NCBI GenBank assembly: GCA_965368405.1 | Contig: CBDUMS010000005.1 | Span: 2,128 to 66,127 of the forward strand | Source: an uncultured Cyclobacteriaceae bacterium | Lineage (GTDB): Bacteria; Bacteroidota; Bacteroidia; Cytophagales; Cyclobacteriaceae | Reading direction: 5' to 3' | DNA: 64,000 nucleotides | Position numbers and translations under genes: made by a program | Notes under the pieces: model-generated | The model's database searches: none | Seen by the model: the letters and a program-made list of their open reading frames with translations, nothing else | What the model was told of the DNA's origin: nothing | In this document: in pieces, positions 61,388 to 64,000 of the stretch | Layout: each line of letters starts with the position of its first letter | Position numbering within the stretch: position 1 is the first letter of the stretch

Positions 61388-62812
61388 TTATTGTGGAATC
61401 AACCTAACTCGATTTAAGTGGGTATCAAACTCGAATGTATAGGTTCCGTAATGTTGTGGACCAAAGATGTAGTTATTTCCACCACCCGGAACAGAAGTTT
61501 CTGGTTTCATCCCTATTTCTTGGTCAGCATCAAAGCGCCAGAATGGAGCCCAACCGTCTGGATTAGCACCGAGGATAAAGCCATTATTCCCATCGCCAAG
61601 AGGGTCTTGGTCGTAAAGTTCAACTGTTCCAGTAAAGAGGTATGGGTTGTTACCATCTACTGTAAGTGCCTTACCACTTGCAAAATGCCAACACTGTTCT
61701 GAGTTATCCGAATTGTTTTCACAGGTTGAGCCTCCATTAACCCTTACTCCAGTACCCATCATGTATATATTATCATAGGGTGTATCGGTTGGAGTATAGG
61801 TTTCGGCCACGTACTCCATTTTTGCTAGGTTAATCAAAATATTATAATAACCTACTTCCGATAAAACAATGGGGCTAACTGTCTCATCCGATCCCAACTC
61901 TAACTCTCCGGCAGTTGAACTAGCCCCAAAAGTGAATGGACTAAAGGATGTTTTTTGTGGTATAAAACGTATTTCAGTATTTACTGCTTTATTATAATAA
62001 AGTGCTCTAAAATATACTCCTAGACTATCAGGATGATCAATGGCATCAATTCTCATTGGTATTCCAAAACCGTCCGAGTTTAATTCAGCCTCACTACTAA
62101 CGTCTGCTAAATACATCTTTTCGAATTTTAGTGCATCTTCAATGTTCACATCTAACTTGGAATTGGCACTGTTACCAGAATCATCAATCGCTGTTACACT
62201 AATCGAATGTGCTCCAATTATCGAAAAATCGACATCCATCTCATAGGCATAACTTGGCGAGTTCACTTCAATCTCCTCGTTTAAACCAAACCCGACTATC
62301 TTTACTATAGCTATTTCAGAATCGTCCATAACACTAAAAGAGAGTGTAAATTCAGGCCCCGCACCTGCAATATATGTGCCCCCATCATTGGGAGATTCAA
62401 AACTTATGGTCGGCGCAATTATGTCCATAGTTAATGAAACCATAACCTGAGCAGTGCTCTTTTTACCACCCACATTGGTTACCACCACATCAATCATATG
62501 CGTAGTACCAGACTCTTCAGAGCTTGGAACCATAAAATTATAGGCGAGCTGAAATTGTGTTGTTGATTTTTCAACATTAATAACCTTTGCTAGATGCCAA
62601 GATTCATAGTTCAACTCGATATTAGAAATTCCGGCAGGATCAGAGATCAAACCATTAATCGTAATAGATTCCCCTGGCAAACCAGTGATCGCTTCTTCAA
62701 TTTTTATAGAAGGCTCAGAAGACACTTGAGGAAGTTCATCCGTACATGATGTAACGAAAATCAATATACTTAACCCCAAGGACAATATTGTAAATTTAGT
62801 TTTGACTAACAT
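61388..62812 (-). CDS. Surface lipoprotein with Ig-like repeats and a C-terminal putative glycan-binding module (SGBP candidate); first gene of the PUL
   Basis: Lipobox FVTSCTDE. It shares the same blocks as 60005..61372. Confidence 0.55.
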   Translation of the reverse strand: MLVKTKFTILSLGLSILIFVTSCTDELPQVSSEPSIKIEEAITGLPGESITINGLISDPAGISNIELNYESWHLAKVINVEKSTTQFQLAYNFMVPSSEESGTTHMIDVVVTNVGGKKSTAQVMVSLTMDIIAPTISFESPNDGGTYIAGAGPEFTLSFSVMDDSEIAIVKIVGFGLNEEIEVNSPSYAYEMDVDFSIIGAHSISVTAIDDSGNSANSKLDVNIEDALKFEKMYLADVSSEAELNSDGFGIPMRIDAIDHPDSLGVYFRALYYNKAVNTEIRFIPQKTSFSPFTFGASSTAGELELGSDETVSPIVLSEVGYYNILINLAKMEYVAETYTPTDTPYDNIYMMGTGVRVNGGSTCENNSDNSEQCWHFASGKALTVDGNNPYLFTGTVELYDQDPLGDGNNGFILGANPDGWAPFWRFDADQEIGMKPETSVPGGGNNYIFGPQHYGTYTFEFDTHLNRVRLIPQ

Positions 62813-62955
62813 AGACTATTCATTTAGTTCAGTTTAATAATATATTTTCTGGTAGATTTAAATAGATGTTGTAAATATGTCCTCATAGATATGGTATTTG
62901 GTTAATAATTAGAATTTTTATGTATTATGTTATCCACAAAATATGTTAACTTACC

Positions 62956-62963
62956 CAAATGTA
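62956..62963 (-). promoter_or_regulatory. Candidate Bacteroidota -7 promoter element TACATTTG for the PUL operon
   Basis: caaatgta on the + strand, 144 nt upstream of the ATG at 62812, in the divergent intergenic region shared with the AraC regulator. Confidence 0.25.
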
Positions 62964-63036
62964 GATGTATGAAAAGTTGCACGGATGGAGATTTATGTTT
63001 ATAATATGGATTATTATTCGAAGTTGAACTTTTTAT

Positions 63037-63981
63037 ATGATTAGCAATTTGAAGAAATCATTTAGTCAATCACCCCCCTTAGAAAGAGGATTCAAGGGAG
63101 AGAAAATGATTGTTGTACCGAAAAGCTTGATAAAGAAATATGCGGATAAAGAAATAATATCGAATTTGCAGCTGACTGACATTGGCTACTTTCCCAATGC
63201 GTCACATCATTTCAGAGAACGTCCTAATGGGTGTCCTGAATATATACTTATCTATTGTATTGAAGGTGAAGGAATTGTGACGATAGATCGAAAGCGCTAC
63301 CTAATCAAACCTAATTCATTTTTTATCATTGAACAGGAAAAAGCCCATACCTATTATTCTAATAATAATGACCCATGGAGCATATATTGGGTTCACTTTA
63401 CAGGAGCTTATAGTGCCTCTATATTCAAAAAATTCAGATCTTTAAGTTCTGGAAAACCTGTCTTTATTCCATATTCAGAAAATAAAATTTCTGAATTTGA
63501 GTATATATTGGAGTTGTTTAAACTTGGATATACAGATCAAGTATTTGAATATTCATCCATGTTAATGCACAAACTTTTAGGCTCATTTATATATTATTCC
63601 CTAAGATCTACAAATGGGAAGGATGCCGCGAATGAAAGCTTGGTAAATAGAATAATCGAGTTTCTAAATGATAATATGCATATATCCTTAACTATTCAGG
63701 ATATCGCTCTAGAATTCAACAAATCACCATCTACCCTATTTACCTTATTCAAGAATAAAACAGGATACTCAATAATGCATTTTTATAGTCTAATTAAAAT
63801 TCAAAAAGCATCAGAACTTATGAATTTCACGGATTTATCGATCAAGGAGATCAGTTACAAACTAGACTTTCAGGATCCACTGTATTTTTCGAGAGTGTTT
63901 AAAAAATTTATGGGCGTTCCTCCTTCTCAATATAGAAAAGACGTCAGTTCCGATTCCAAGAGTGAAGAGAATATCGAGTAA
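63037..63981 (+). CDS. AraC-family transcriptional regulator (cupin sensor + HTH)
   Basis: N-terminal cupin-like region (FFIIEQEKAHTYYS...WSIYWVHF). C-terminal AraC HTH (SLTIQDIALEFNKSPSTLFTLFK...PLYFSRVFKKFMGVPPSQYR). It is divergent from the PUL. Confidence 0.9.
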   Translation: MISNLKKSFSQSPPLERGFKGEKMIVVPKSLIKKYADKEIISNLQLTDIGYFPNASHHFRERPNGCPEYILIYCIEGEGIVTIDRKRYLIKPNSFFIIEQEKAHTYYSNNNDPWSIYWVHFTGAYSASIFKKFRSLSSGKPVFIPYSENKISEFEYILELFKLGYTDQVFEYSSMLMHKLLGSFIYYSLRSTNGKDAANESLVNRIIEFLNDNMHISLTIQDIALEFNKSPSTLFTLFKNKTGYSIMHFYSLIKIQKASELMNFTDLSIKEISYKLDFQDPLYFSRVFKKFMGVPPSQYRKDVSSDSKSEENIE

Positions 63982-64000
63982 TATTGCCAACTGGAAAGTA

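Overview
This window looks like a Bacteroidota chromosome segment. Evidence: SusC/SusD pairs, many lipoproteins, one T9SS C-terminal sorting domain, and AT-rich intergenic DNA with TAnnTTTG-type promoter motifs. It is almost entirely carbohydrate-utilisation genes. All family calls come from motifs read by eye in the ORF track; no database search was run.

Four blocks:
(1) 95..17934, minus strand: a GntR/HutC-regulated PUL. Gene order is regulator, DUF-like propeller, Ig-like lipoprotein, SusC, SusD, long-form mannose-6-P isomerase, MFS transporter, ROK-like kinase, unclassified 767-aa lipoprotein, GH92 fused to an SGNH esterase, and a second DUF-like propeller. This points to an (acetylated) alpha-mannoside substrate, yet only one recognisable glycosidase is present.
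(2) 18050..24003: a TPR lipoprotein, a possible 51-aa ORF, an orphan 700-aa secreted protein, and a galK-galT pair. The GalT ORF is intact but lacks the segment that should carry the catalytic His-Pro-His motif.
(3) 24612..34412, plus strand: an accessory cluster with no SusC/D. It holds a SASA-type O-acetylesterase, an S1 sulfatase with a HEAT-like tail, a ricin-lectin/HExxH lipoprotein, a clan GH-A lipoprotein, and a 1176-aa BNR-propeller/Fn3/F5-8C protein with a T9SS sorting domain.
(4) 34479..62812, minus strand, with a divergent AraC regulator at 63037..63981: a large PUL. It encodes two paralogous Ig-like lipoproteins, SusC, SusD, two GH30, a sugar-porter MFS, a cytoplasmic DUF5107/TPR giant, a sulfatase plus GH2-like module present twice, a LacZ-type GH2 and a GH16. 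This is best read as a sulfated galactan-type PUL.

I saw no rRNA, tRNA, CRISPR array, transposase or integrase.
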